DNA of 63,300 nt, the filler included, from Reticulomyxa filosa (lineage: Eukaryota; Protista; Foraminifera): the NCBI GenBank assembly GCA_000512085.1. It is 28 parts of 28 records of this genome, joined end to end, with 100 filler letters (N's around TTAATTAATTAA, not from the genome) between each part and the next. Parts side by side here need not be neighbours in the genome. Positions count along the whole stretch, not along the records: positions 51,539 to 53,352 come from ASPP01010874.1; positions 53,453 to 57,533 come from ASPP01026620.1; positions 57,634 to 58,868 come from ASPP01001309.1; positions 58,969 to 60,912 come from ASPP01015264.1; positions 61,013 to 62,073 come from ASPP01001327.1; positions 62,174 to 63,300 come from ASPP01028853.1; 22 more parts are not named here. The stretch is one strand, 5' to 3'. Shown here in pieces: positions 51,844-63,300 of this stretch; the stretch's first letter is position 1; each line of letters opens with the position of its first letter. A program made the position numbers and the translations under genes. The notes below the pieces were generated by a model. That model saw only the letters and a program-made list of their open reading frames with translations. It made no database searches and had not been told where the DNA came from.

Positions 51844-52864
51844 TCAGGTGCTGCCGCGCAGCAGCAGTTGGAAACCCAGGTCTTGCTGCGGCTGTGCCGG
51901 TTGTTCGCCGGCCATCAGCGTCAGCAGCATGTTGGCCGCCGCGGCGCCGATGGCGTAGCGCGGGGTGGCCACGGTGGTCAGCGCCGGGTTGGTCCACGCC
52001 GACATCTCCAGGTTGTTGAAGCCGGCGATGGCCAGTTGCTGCGGTACGGCAATGTGGCGGCGCTGGCACTCGAACATCACCCCCAGCGCCAGGTCGTCGT
52101 TATTGCAGAAGATGGCGTCGCAGTCCGGCGCCTGGCGTAGCAGTTCGTCCAGTAGCCGCGCGCCTTGGCCCACCGAGGAGGGCTGTGCCTCGGCAATTTC
52201 GCGGTGCGGCTGGTACAGGCCGGCTTCGCGCAATGCGGCGCGGTAGCCTTCGCCGCGCTTGATGGTGCGCGGGTCCAGCTGCGCAGCCAGAAAACCGATG
52301 CGGCGGTAGCCTTTGTCCAGTAGCTGGCGGGTCAGTGCGTAGCCGCTGTCGAACTGCGAAAAACCCACGCAGTAACGGCCGCTGTCGTCCAGCTCCATCA
52401 TGTGCACGGTGGGAATGTCGGCACTGCGCAACAGGGTGCTGGCGGCGTCGTTCTGGTCGAAACCGGTCAGCAGGATGCCGTCCGGGTTGTATTCCAGATA
52501 GGTGCGCAGTAGCGTTTCTTCGTCTTGCGGCGCGTAGCGGGTGTCGCCGATCAGCGTCTGGTAGCCGCGCGGGTACAGGGTGTCGTGGATGGCGGCCAGG
52601 GTATCGACAAACACCGCGTTGGACAGCGACGGCACCAGTACCACCACGCTGTGCGAACGGGCCGATGCCAGCGAGCGGGCGGCACGGTTGGGCACGTAGC
52701 CCAGCTGGCGCACAGCGTCGTCTATGCGTTGGCGCAGGCTGTCGGTAACCAGCGCCGGCTTGTTGAGCGCGCGGGAGATGGTAATGGCGCTGACGCCAAC
52801 GTGGGCGGCAACATCGTTCAGGGTAACGCGGCTCTGGCCGGCGCGGGGGTTTGCGGTCTGTCAT
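51844..52864 (-). CDS. gntR: LacI-family gluconate repressor GntR (bacterial); +1 frameshift near the start
   Basis: The HTH RVTLNDVAAHVGVSAITISRALNKP is in frame with LGYVPNRAARSLAS..FCNNDDLALG..LAIAGF..LTTV. ATG 52864 joins this frame only if the G5 run at 52845-52849 is G4 (MTDRKPRAGQSRVTL). Confidence 0.9.
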
Positions 52865-52948
52865 GGCGCTCATTCTAGCGGGAGGTGGTGGATGTCGGGA
52901 GCGCAGAGTTTGCTGCGCTGCACGATCAAATCTGCTTTACAGGGGGTT

Positions 52949-52964
52949 ATGTTAGCGCTAACTT
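52949..52964. promoter_or_regulatory. GntR operator 1
   Basis: ATGTTAGCGCTAACTT is a near-perfect ATGTTA-N4-TAACAT palindrome between divergent gntR and gntK. Confidence 0.8.
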
Positions 52965-53037
52965 TGCATCCGGCCAAACGCCAGCCCGCGGCTGACGTGC
53001 GGCAGGGCCACTGCGGTGGCATTTTTATGATCTCGAA

Positions 53038-53053
53038 ATGTTAACGCTAACAT
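53038..53053. promoter_or_regulatory. GntR operator 2, overlapping the gntK start region
   Basis: ATGTTAACGCTAACAT matches ATGTTA-N4-TAACAT exactly. Confidence 0.85.
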
Positions 53054-53351
53054 GACAATGCAAACCATGCTGGTAGTGATGGGCGTATGCGGCAGCGGCA
53101 AGAGCGAGGTTGGCCGCGTGCTGGCCACCGCGCTGGGCGCGCGCTTTGTGGAGGGGGACGATTTTCACCCGCCGGCCAATGTGGCGCGGATGGAAGCCGG
53201 CATCCCGCTGACCGATGACGATCGCGGCCAGTGGCTGCAGGCGCTGCGCACCCAGTTGCAGCAGGCGGTGGCCGCCGGGGAGGGCGTGGTGTTGTCCTGT
53301 TCGGCGCTGAAGCGCCGCTACCGCGACCTACTGCGCGACGGCTGCCCCGGC
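53052..53351 (+). CDS. gntK: Gluconokinase (bacterial), 5' part
   Basis: VVMGVCGSGKSEVG (P-loop), EGDDFHPPANVARMEAGIPLTDDDR, CSALKRRYRDLLR. Confidence 0.95.
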
Positions 53352-53451
53352 CNNNNNNNNNNNNNNNNNNNNNNNNNNNNNNNNNNNNNNNNNNNNTTAA
53401 TTAATTAANNNNNNNNNNNNNNNNNNNNNNNNNNNNNNNNNNNNNNNNNNN

Positions 53452-56400
53452 NTAGCATTTGGTTTGCAATATCTCGTGCCTTGGAATGCAATGCAACGCA
53501 ATGCTTTCACATTGAAATGAAAGTGATTTTTTTGCAATTCTGCGTGAAACTTTTTGCTATGGGATAAGGAATTAAGCATGATTTGCAAAGATAAAGTTTT
53601 GGAAGTACCAGGCTTTCCAACCAATATTATGGGAGTGGCTGTGGCAATACAAAAAAATAAGACAAATAGATTTTCTTTCAAAATATTATGCTTTACTACT
53701 GGGCGTTGGACTTCAAAAGATTTGGACAAATTGTCTATTTCTTCGTTCAACACTTCTGTAAATGAATGTTGATTTCTTTCGGACATAATTGTATCATATT
53801 TTTTTCTTCCACTTTCATCCAATCGAAAGTAATAACACAAACCTAATGCAATGTTTAATGCCCTTCCTGTCCATTCCACTGGTCCACCTGTCTGGGATTG
53901 TTGCATTAGCCAATGGAAAAATTTGAGACATCTACTCACATCACGCAATGATACAATGAGTTCATTTGCCAAGTGTTTACGTAAGAATTGTTGCGATACC
54001 ACAATATCTTTTGTAATCTTTTCTTCCCACTTTTGAATTTTTTTGTAAGCAGAACTTTGATTGTCAAATTTCTCTTTCAATTGTCTGACCATGGCTTGAA
54101 TGTATTGTTTTTCATCCAATTGAGATAACTGACCAAAGTGCCAAGCATATTCTTTCATGGTTTCACACAATGGAAATACACGATATACCCATTTGCTTAA
54201 TGGGTCATTTATATTTACATTTTCATTATTCTTTATTTTTCGTGGTCGATAAGGATTACATGCTGCAATCACCTTTATTTGACTACTAATTTTTACTCCA
54301 TCCAAACTATGATCACAAATCAATTCTTTGAACCATCCAATATCTGGAGAAGTATTCACTTCATCTAAAAATACCCACAACTCCATTGTATTGTTTCTGA
54401 AGATTTCTGTGTTACACTCTTCCATTACCTGACGAAGTTCACCCCTTCCAAATCCCCCATGAACATCCACTGCAATAAGTTTCACATTTGCAGCATGTGC
54501 CAAAAATTTGATCAGAGATGTCTTTCCACATCCCGTTTCACCCATCAAAATGATAGGAGTATCAGTTCGAATTTTCATACAAATGGCAATCATTTTCAGA
54601 AAATTGTCCAATGTCAACACATAATTTGACCATTTTTTATTATTGCACAACTTGTCCACAATTTGATCATGCAGATTTCCTGTCTTTGCATCTGCTAAGG
54701 CATCCTTTTTTTCTTCTACTTTTTCTTCTTCTTCTACTTTTTCTTCTTTTTCCACTTTTTTGTAAATGTTCATTGCCCCTTGCTTTGAAGTCCCCAAAAC
54801 GTGCAATAACACTCTCAACTTCTTTTCTTTTTCTGTTTGTGATAGCAATTTCTCTGTCTCCAATCCTTCTGTGTCAAATTCTTTCACCTTCCGTTTTTTG
54901 TTACAAGTGTCAAATACTTGCGACATGAAGAAGCAAATGAAGAATGAAGAATAAACAAAGGCAAAGATATCAAAACTTGAAAAGTTGCTTCTTTCTGTTT
55001 CGAAACTTGTCTCCAACTTAATGCATGTTTCAAGCGTGTGAAAATACTGGAATTTTGTGCATTGGAATCATTAATTAATATGGAAATATCCTCTGAGCAC
55101 ACACACACACACACACAAGTAATAAGCATTTTGTTTTTATTTCTGAAAATAAAACATAACATAATTCGAACCTTTATCTTGATTGACTAAGAAAAAACCT
55201 TTGGTCGTTCGCCATTTTTTACACAGAAGAAACTCTTCTTCTCCACTACTTTCGATTCCTTCGCATTTTTCTTTTGAACTGAGTTGGATATAATCGTATT
55301 GGCGACAACATAAGATTTTGGTCATATCGATCACGGATTCCGTGATATCGTGTTTCGATTGAACAATTTTTTCCTTCAGTGGTGATTGTTCTAGAGGTGC
55401 CAACTGTTGGTACAAATATTTGAAAAATGAACGTTGATGCACTAGATTCGATTGGCTTATTTCGGCAAAGTGTTCGCCCATAAACTGTTGCATATTTTCC
55501 TCGTCAAATGGACTGTTTATTATTCATTTTTTTTTAATAAGCGTTATAATCCACATACCTTCTTAAGAACAAGAGAGTTGGAAAAAAAGTAAAAAAACTT
55601 TGAATTTCCGTGAAAATGTTGTTGCATCCATTTGGCAGTGTTTTGTGCTTCTATTCCAAATTCAAATGGATTGTTTTGATTGGACACTTGCATGACTGGG
55701 AATTGAACAACGGAAAAGAATAAAAAGTTTGGAATTGATTCATCGAAACTAAGATCATCCAAAGTGGAGGGAATTTCAATTAAAAAGATCATATTGGAAT
55801 TGACATGGAAACATTGAGATATTTGAGAATTGGAGTCAATGTGTTGCAAGAATAACAATTGGAATAAAAAGTCATTGATTTGTGTTGAAACACAAGATGA
55901 AATGTTTAAATGATAAATTATCAATGAATTTTCTGGACAAGGATAATAACTCCAAAGGCTTTTCATTGTTTGTTCCCAATCGATAGCTTTGCCATTAAAT
56001 GCAACGCAAACATCTTTCACTGTTCTGCCTTTTTGTCTGTGAATACTTTGGATCTTTTCAATATCTCTTTGAATAACTCTACTTTTGCCCATTCCAACTC
56101 GCTCCGATGTATATAACTGTATCCATGGAGGCTCTATGCCAATATCATAAGATTGAGCACTAGTCCATGAATTACGATAAAGTTGAGACAGCATTTTCTT
56201 TGGAAGTTCTTGGGATGATATATTTGGTAATGAAACACGGAATGGCTCCAAGAGTTTACACAAAGGATTTTTAGCATCGCTGGATATGACAGCAAACAGA
56301 TAAGAGCAATTTTTTAATTTTTCCAATTGAACATCGTTCAACAATAGATCATGCACAACTTGACAAACTTGCTCCAACGTCTCAAGTGTTAACTCTTCTG

Positions 56401-57533
56401 GATATACCAAGCAATACAACGGTCTTATAGAGTCATGATGCATATCAGTTTGCATTTTTTTGTCATTGGTGATGGCTCGAAGTATCAAACAAGCAACATC
56501 CTCTTCCATTGTCTTTTCATTACAAATCAAAATATGTTCCGCTCGTGGGATACACGGTTGCAATTCAAATAAGCCAAGCACTTTAAATAATAGTAATTTA
56601 TCCGAAGAAATGATCAGATTGATTTGCCAGCATTTAATCCAATAGGATAGATCTTTTTCAATAGTATGATGGTGTGGAGAACAAGTCCATAGTGGACGAA
56701 GAATCTGTCCAAACTTTGCAATATCATCTCTGCATTCTTTAAAACCCTCTTTTTCGCTGATATCACACATATTGTAACTTTTCAACACATTGAAATCAAA
56801 ATTTCTCCAATTCTGCAATATCTTGTTGACATCTTCATTAGTGACTTCACAGTTGACTTTTTGAAGAAATGGTTTAATATATTTTTGTGTTTGAACGGAA
56901 CGATTATGACTGCCAGGTGAGAGGAAGGTTTTAATTTGATGAATTAAAGAGTGGATTTCATTGAAACGGAAATAATTGAGTGCAGGGAACAGTTCTCTTA
57001 ATTGAAGAGAGTGTTGTTTCCATTTTGTCAATCGTTGTTTCCAAATTGCTTTACAGTTTGCAAACTTTTTCATTTGCGAACGCACATCTATAATATTTTT
57101 ATCATCGGTGTTGTGAATGCGCCCTCCTTGTTTCCAAAATTCAATTCGAACTGCGCTAATTTCTTTGCATTCCTCGAACTTCTTGATCACAGTCTCAATT
57201 TCTTTTAATTCTTTTTTTCCCACTCCAAGCAATACACGATCAATGTTTTCTCCAATTTCATCGTAATGCCAAGTAGTATTGAGGATTTCCAATATCAACT
57301 TGTTGTTCTTGTTTCCCTGCAACATATCTTCACAAGTTCCAAATTTCCATTTTCCATACGTCTTTGCTTCTTTGAATTGCTTCATATTTTTTTCTATTTG
57401 AGCTTTGTTATCTTCGTTGACCAAGGAAGGAATATTTGCCAGATTTGTATCACAGCATTTTTTTAGCATTTCCACAAAGTTTTGGCCATTGGAACTCAAT
57501 GATAATATAGCTTTGGCTAAGTCAGTCATATTG
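53452..57533 (-). CDS. RNF213/mysterin-like giant AAA+ ATPase, internal fragment (multi-exon)
   Basis: YTSERVGMGKS, YHLNISS..NDFLFQLLFL, IFLIEIP; YVLTLDNFLKM..PIILMGETGCGKT (Walker A), FLDEVNT (Walker B), IAACNPYR, VSLRDVSRC, LKENLF..PIILVGKPGTSKTLS, FQG. This motif order is typical of RNF213 AAA modules. Confidence 0.9.
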
Positions 57534-58968
57534 NNNNNNNNNNNNNNNNNNNNNNNNNNNNNNNNNNNNNNNNNNNNTTAATTAATTAANNNNNNNNNNN
57601 NNNNNNNNNNNNNNNNNNNNNNNNNNNNNNNNNTTTGTCATTGATATTTTCAAAACAAATGTAATCAATCATTTCTACAACAAATTTCATAATCTCTTTT
57701 ATAACTTGTTTTTGTTAAAATTAGTTGAATAAAAAACATAAACAAATCTTAAAAAATGTGTCTTGAATATATTCCTTTCGGACTTATGTTTACTTACAAT
57801 AAATATATGTTTTTCTACAGAAATTGCGCCAATTTAATCAAAAAAAGTAATATAATACATTTATTCTGAGTTTTTAAATATTCATTTGTGATTTAAAAAA
57901 ATATACTTGCAATACATTATCCAAAATATCAAAATAAATTTTTTAAAAATTTTTGTAAGACAGATATATTTCATTTCATTTTGTTGCATGTGCAAAAAAT
58001 TCTGTTCAAAACAAAACAAAAAAAATACTAAAATAAAAAAAATTTTAAAAAGTGTGGTCCATGTACTTATTTTCGAACTTAGTACAAGTTATATATTTAA
58101 TCAAGTTTTTTTGTACAATTATTACATGATTTCAATTAATGAAATGTGACAATTTAGTTGTTGCATCACGTCATCTTTTTTGATATAATGTTTATGTTAG
58201 AATAATTATATAAGAGAATGAATACAATGAATAATACAAAGAAAGTTATATGTAGAAAAAATTGAACTGTATGGATAATTTTACGATATTATTATCACTT
58301 TGGAAAAAATTTTCGGACATTAGTAAAATATTATAAATTTTTTTAAATTTTTTTTGCACATGCTTTAATCAGTTTTTTTATAGCTATCGCTTTTCTCTTG
58401 TTAATGAACATACTATGACATATTTGAATTTTAAATGAATCATCATCTTTTGAACCTTTCAGAAAAGTAAGTGTATTACAAAAAGTTGAGACTTTTAAAT
58501 TATTTTTTGTTTGGCCTTAATAACAAAACGATAAAAATTAATACATAATATCGTGCCAGCAGAAAAACGCTGACAATGCAGAATATACGTCATAAAGAAT
58601 TTTTTTTTCTATCTTTGCAAAAACTTTATTTAATAGTGTCTTGCCATTTTGTTGAAAAAAAAGTATTTTGACATCTAAAAAAGAAGAAGATAGTCGATTG
58701 GAACAGTGCAAAAATGCCATCAACATCTATTCGTATCGTTTGTTGGGTTTATCTTAGAGAAAAATCTGTGATGTAAGATTTTGATAAATGTAAAAACAAT
58801 ATTGTAAAACCGATATTAAATAAGAATAATCAAATTAAAATTACATTTATCAAAATTTGTGTAAACAANNNNNNNNNNNNNNNNNNNNNNNNNNNNNNNN
58901 NNNNNNNNNNNNTTAATTAATTAANNNNNNNNNNNNNNNNNNNNNNNNNNNNNNNNNNNNNNNNNNNN

Positions 58969-59017
58969 ATCATCATATGATACCGTTTTAGGCGTTCAGT
59001 TTTCTTTGCACCTACTG
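58969..59017. mobile_element. Tc1/mariner-like terminal inverted repeat at a TA target (second copy)
   Basis: Reverse complement TA|CAGTAGGTGCAAAGAAAACTGAACGCCTAAAACGG. It cuts off WD40 coding sequence. Confidence 0.7.
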
Positions 59018-59019
59018 TA

Positions 59020-60678
59020 GAACTAAACGCTATTTACTGTAGCACATGTTTCTATGTCCCATAAACTAATATTCTTGTCATGCGAACAAGAAAATACAAA
59101 TTGACCACTATTAAATGTTGAAAATATAATGGAATAAACAGCTGCACTGTGTCCATTGAGCGATTGTAATTCTTTAGAAGATTTGACGGACCACATACGA
59201 ATTGTCTTATCCTCTAATGAAGAACAAATTATATTATTATCATAATTATGACAATGATATTTTGAAAATGTTACGCTATATACACAGCATCGGTGTCCAT
59301 TAAGCGACTTTATTAGATGTCTTTTATTAATGTCAAATATTTTAACAGTTTGATCCTTTGATGCAGAATAAACATATAAATTATTATGAAATGTTGAATA
59401 GTCGATACTTATAGTACTATTGCTATGTTCAGTGAAAGTACTTATTAGTTTGTATGATTTAAATTCATCAAACTGTAATGAAGATTATATATTGGTCTTC
59501 GGATGTACATTGAAATTGAATGGAGTATCATGTTTTAATGATGTCTGGAGATCATAGTTTAATGGATATATTATATTATGTTTTGATGATTTTTTAAAAT
59601 CAAAGTCGAATTGTGGTATCATATCATATTTTGATGATGACTCTAAATCAAAGTTTGAAATATTTGATTGTTGTGCACTTGGTTTTTCTGCTTGCAATAA
59701 TGTAATGTCATTATCATTTTATATATCATTCGTTTGCGTAATATCTTCCACTTGATTAGATTCATTACATATGGTCTGTTTATTAATTTATTATTTGCTA
59801 CTATGTTTAATTTATTTAAAAAGATTATACCATTTGTTTTTTCAAAATTTTAATTTCTTCATTAATTTTTTTCATTTTTTGGTAAAAGTTTGAATTGTGT
59901 CGCCTCTTTAATTGAATAATAGTTTTCTATATTTATTATTTATTTATTATAATTAATTATATTAATATGAATAAACAAAATTAACTTTTTGATCTTCGAT
60001 GATTTTAAGTAGACTTTGAAACTTTATCTTTATTAAGCTAAAGTGTGCCTCCATATCCTTTACTAAATGCTCGTGTAAATTTGCACGTATGTACTATGAA
60101 TGCATCCAAAGCTATGATATCAACAAGGAATGAACTTTAATGGCACATGGTATCTACGTGTTGATGTAAATCAATGATTTTGCCTTTAAACTCACATATG
60201 ACTTGATTTGTGTCATTTGTTTTTTTTTCATCTGATTTCAGATTTTTGTAAAATTGTTGGGACAAATAACATTTAATTGGTTTATTTGCCTCTGTAGAGC
60301 CTTCACTTGATAATAATTGCAAGGATGATCCTGAATTGGACACTTGTCATTATTTTGGCGAAGATATTGTTGCAAACAATATTCGCCAACAATTAATTGT
60401 TCATCATCGTTACTGTGTTCTTTACAACTGATTTGAAATGGACGATTTGAAACTTGTTTGCAACTCGACCTAATGCGCAATATTAGTCTATTGCTATATC
60501 AGAATGCATATTATTTGACTTTGTTTCAATCTAAATATTTATTGTATAAATAATTTGACAATTTTAATTGTCAAAATCATAAGTCATCATAACAAGTTGT
60601 ATGCAGATCCTTAAAGACATTTTTCTGTTAATAGATTTCACTGTCTAAAAAAACTCAGGATTCAGGTGATATATACAT
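59020..60678 (-). pseudogene. RING-TRAF zinc finger-coiled coil-WD40 gene (TRAF7-like order), disrupted
   Basis: ISCKEHSNDDEQLIVGEYCLQQYLRQNNDKCPI..LNVICP, CEFKGKIIDLHQHVDTMC, then WD repeats (YSASKDQTVKIFDI, CSSLEDKTIRMWSV). Frameshifts, stops and a transposon insertion. Confidence 0.75.
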
Positions 60679-61482
60679 AGTTTTTTCTTTTATTATAAAA
60701 GTGAAAGAACTTAATATCAAACAAACAATGTAAAGATTCACTTATCTATCTAAAAAAAATGCAAATTGCATTAATTGTGGCAAATGCTTTTCATAATATA
60801 CTACTAATTATCACAAATTCAAATGATTGCAACACTAAATATGATTTACAATATATTTCAAAAATCACATATTCTTAAATGTTCAAATTTAGTTTTGCAA
60901 ATAATAAAGAAANNNNNNNNNNNNNNNNNNNNNNNNNNNNNNNNNNNNNNNNNNNNTTAATTAATTAANNNNNNNNNNNNNNNNNNNNNNNNNNNNNNNN
61001 NNNNNNNNNNNNTGAATCTGTGAAAAAGGATGCAAAAATAATTGAATTGATAAATGGCATCCAACAAGTGCAATCAGCATCAAAGATTAAATTATCAGTA
61101 TGTGATTCATTTTAGAAAGACATCTCTTGGCTGTCCTGATTGTAAAAAAAAATCACAGTTATTTAATTGTTTATATATCGCGTTAAGTTCTTTTTAAAAA
61201 ACTTCTATCATCATTAAAAAAGAAATCACATGTATTGTTAAAATCCTTTTTTCATATCGACAAAAACATTTTTGAAAACCCCTTTCATTGCCCTCAAAAG
61301 GAAAAAAGTTCAATATCTTCCATTTTACATTATCAAACACGATCTTAAAAAAAAATGACAACTCTTGGCAATAAGAAGCAAACTTCAATACAACTAGCGT
61401 TGGTAAGCTTTAGTACAAGCTTCCAGAAAATCTATTACTTTTTTAATATTTTGTTTATCGTGTGTAAATTGGATTTGAACAG

Positions 61483-62073
61483 TCTGAAGAAAAAAATGTT
61501 CAAGTAATCATACAACATTGGATTCGAATATTGAAAATCAAATTAGGATGGATCAAAGATTTTGACAAACTTGTTATCAATTATGTTAGTTCATTTATTC
61601 TTCTTTTTTTTAATATTAATCAAAATATTCAAATGTTTATTTAACATAGGCATCTACTTTCTTCATGTTTGATACATTTCGTTCATCATCCAAATTAATT
61701 AATGCATTCACTGGACACATTAATTCTGTGAATAGTATTGATTATTCAATATTTGATGATTGTCAACTTATTTGTTCTGGATCAGATGATAATACTATTT
61801 GTGTATGGGATGTTGATAACAACAAACTAATTCAATCATTCGATGGATATTCAAATTATGTGCTTTGTGTAAAATTTTCATTATATCATTATCATAATCA
61901 TCATCAAAATGTCATTTGTTCTTCATCAATTGACAAAACCATTCGTTTTTGGGATTTCAAACATAATCAACAATTACAAATATTCAATGGACACACAAAA
62001 GGTGTTTGTGGAATTGAATTTTCACCGTTTAATGATGGTAGATATTTGTGTTCTGGATCATATGACAATACAG
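61483..62073 (+). CDS. WD40-repeat family member, 5' exons
   Basis: Exon 61483-61584 SEEKNVQVIIQHWIRILKIKLGWIKDFDKLVINY; intron 61585-61649; then FDTFRSSSKLINAFTGH..CVWDV..IRFWDF..LCSGSYDNT. Confidence 0.9.
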
Positions 62074-62173
62074 NNNNNNNNNNNNNNNNNNNNNNNNNNN
62101 NNNNNNNNNNNNNNNNNTTAATTAATTAANNNNNNNNNNNNNNNNNNNNNNNNNNNNNNNNNNNNNNNNNNNN

Positions 62174-62481
62174 TTTTACGTTTACTGTACAAGTGTCGTC
62201 CATTATCCCTGGAAACTCATCACCGAATTGCATTTTTATTTTATTCACCACTTCTTTATGTGTTAGCTCTTTCACAGAGCCCACGTTCAAATGTGGAAAG
62301 TATATCGTTTTGCAAGGACAGTCAAATTTTGTTTTGCGACGTCCATCATCTACATACACTTCTATCTTCAGTCCTTTTGCCTTTTCTTTTGTTTGTTTTG
62401 TCCATATAGAGAATTTTCTTGACAATTAACAAAAATACAACAAGCCAAACCTGTTTGTTCGGCTTGAATTTTTTCATCCAT
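62174..62481 (-). CDS. Hypothetical protein, 5' part
   Basis: Probable short first exon MDEKIQAEQT, a small intron, then an ORF open to the contig end. No recognised motif. Confidence 0.35.
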
Positions 62482-63300
62482 TCTAGTGTATTTAATGGAT
62501 ATATTAAGAGCCCAAAAGAATTCCTCTCCTTTCGAATTTTAGCTTGTCTCAGTTTAATTAATGCAAAATTTTAAAACAACACCCATTTGAACAAACTTGA
62601 ATAAAATAATATTTTTTTCTTTAACTTACTTTGTTGGATGTTTGGTTGTGTTATCTTTTATTGTTGTAATTTTAAGTCAATTTCGCATTAAGTTTATATC
62701 AGAACAAGTAATATCCAGCACAAATCGAATTTTTATACTTTAAAATGTGCAAAAAAAAAGATTATGTATATTTTGAGACTGAACACAAAATACTGACTAA
62801 CTTGTGTTGACACGACTTCTTAAAAGGTTTTTACAAATTTTTTTGAATAGCAGTCATTTGTGCAAAAATTGATATCAAACCCATCAAAGATGTCTTGCCG
62901 AGTATTTCTGCGAAATACTGTTCAACCAATAAATGCCTCTTATGTTTAGTGATGTATTTTCTAAAAAGCAACAACACGTAACCAACTTAAAGAATATTCT
63001 CTTTTTTCACTTAATGCATAGAGACGTTGCAGCACAACAGCAAAACCAAAGCCAACTTCAACTCTAAGGTAAGAGTGGAAAGGGAAAAAGAGGACAAGAA
63101 AGAGCTAGAAATATCTCAAAAATGAAGGATACGCAAACATCACACTTCTTTTATGTGTTGTTTATAAAATACGGTTTGGTTGATTGTTTTATTGAAACAA
63201 AAATATTAAAAAACAGAACTCGCTTCAATAGCTTTGTATTTGGTTTCGCTTCATCAGGTTTAGTGGGCGGATATTTCTTTTATTGGAAATTAACTGAGAC

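Noticed and set aside
51721-53044. Overlapping alternative ORFs (139, 94, 93, 257, 137, 117, 106 aa) over gntR
   Set aside because: Shadow ORFs of GC-rich DNA. The 257-aa ORF merely borrows the true gntR start through the frameshift.
50835-53351. PfkB kinase next to gntR/gntK as a sugar-catabolism cluster or HGT island
   Set aside because: They are separated by an artificial spacer. The PfkB gene is AT-rich with an intron, while the gnt genes are bacterial.
1-63300. tRNA, rRNA, snRNA genes and CRISPR arrays
   Set aside because: None recognisable by eye; a tRNAscan-SE/Infernal search would be needed to exclude divergent ones.

Overview
This window is not a continuous locus. It is 28 short draft contigs joined by 27 identical 100-bp artificial spacers (N44-TTAATTAATTAA-N44), so adjacency across spacers means nothing. 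Twenty-seven contigs are AT-rich, intron-containing eukaryotic DNA. The gene families (many WD40 paralogues ending IRIWG*, RING/TRAF-zinc-finger proteins, RNF213-like AAA+) suggest a foraminiferan such as Reticulomyxa filosa; this is an inference. Recognisable genes or fragments: Arf GTPase, a prokaryote-like vWA protein, an actin pseudogene, a Ser/Thr kinase, VPS13, a sterol desaturase/fatty-acid hydroxylase, thimet oligopeptidase, a C2H2 zinc finger, an ANKRD27/VARP-like protein, TMEM184, WASHC3/CCDC53, a biotinyl domain, a PfkB kinase and an RNF213-like protein. One GC-rich contig (51539-53351) is bacterial (ahpC, gntR, gntK with two GntR operators) and is probably contamination. Signals the ORF track misses: (1) introns polarised U-rich at the donor and poly(A) right up to the acceptor AG; (2) a ~210-bp solo-LTR-like family marked by TGTAATACGAAA, one copy with TG..CA ends and a 4-bp TSD; (3) Tc1/mariner-like TIR ends in two contigs; (4) a WASHC3 with its usually C-terminal motif at the N-terminus; (5) WD40 paralogues that share non-coding flanks and a 34-aa N-terminal exon; (6) a perfect 44-bp fold-back. 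Many frameshifts fall in homopolymers, including one in the bacterial contig, which points to sequencing error.
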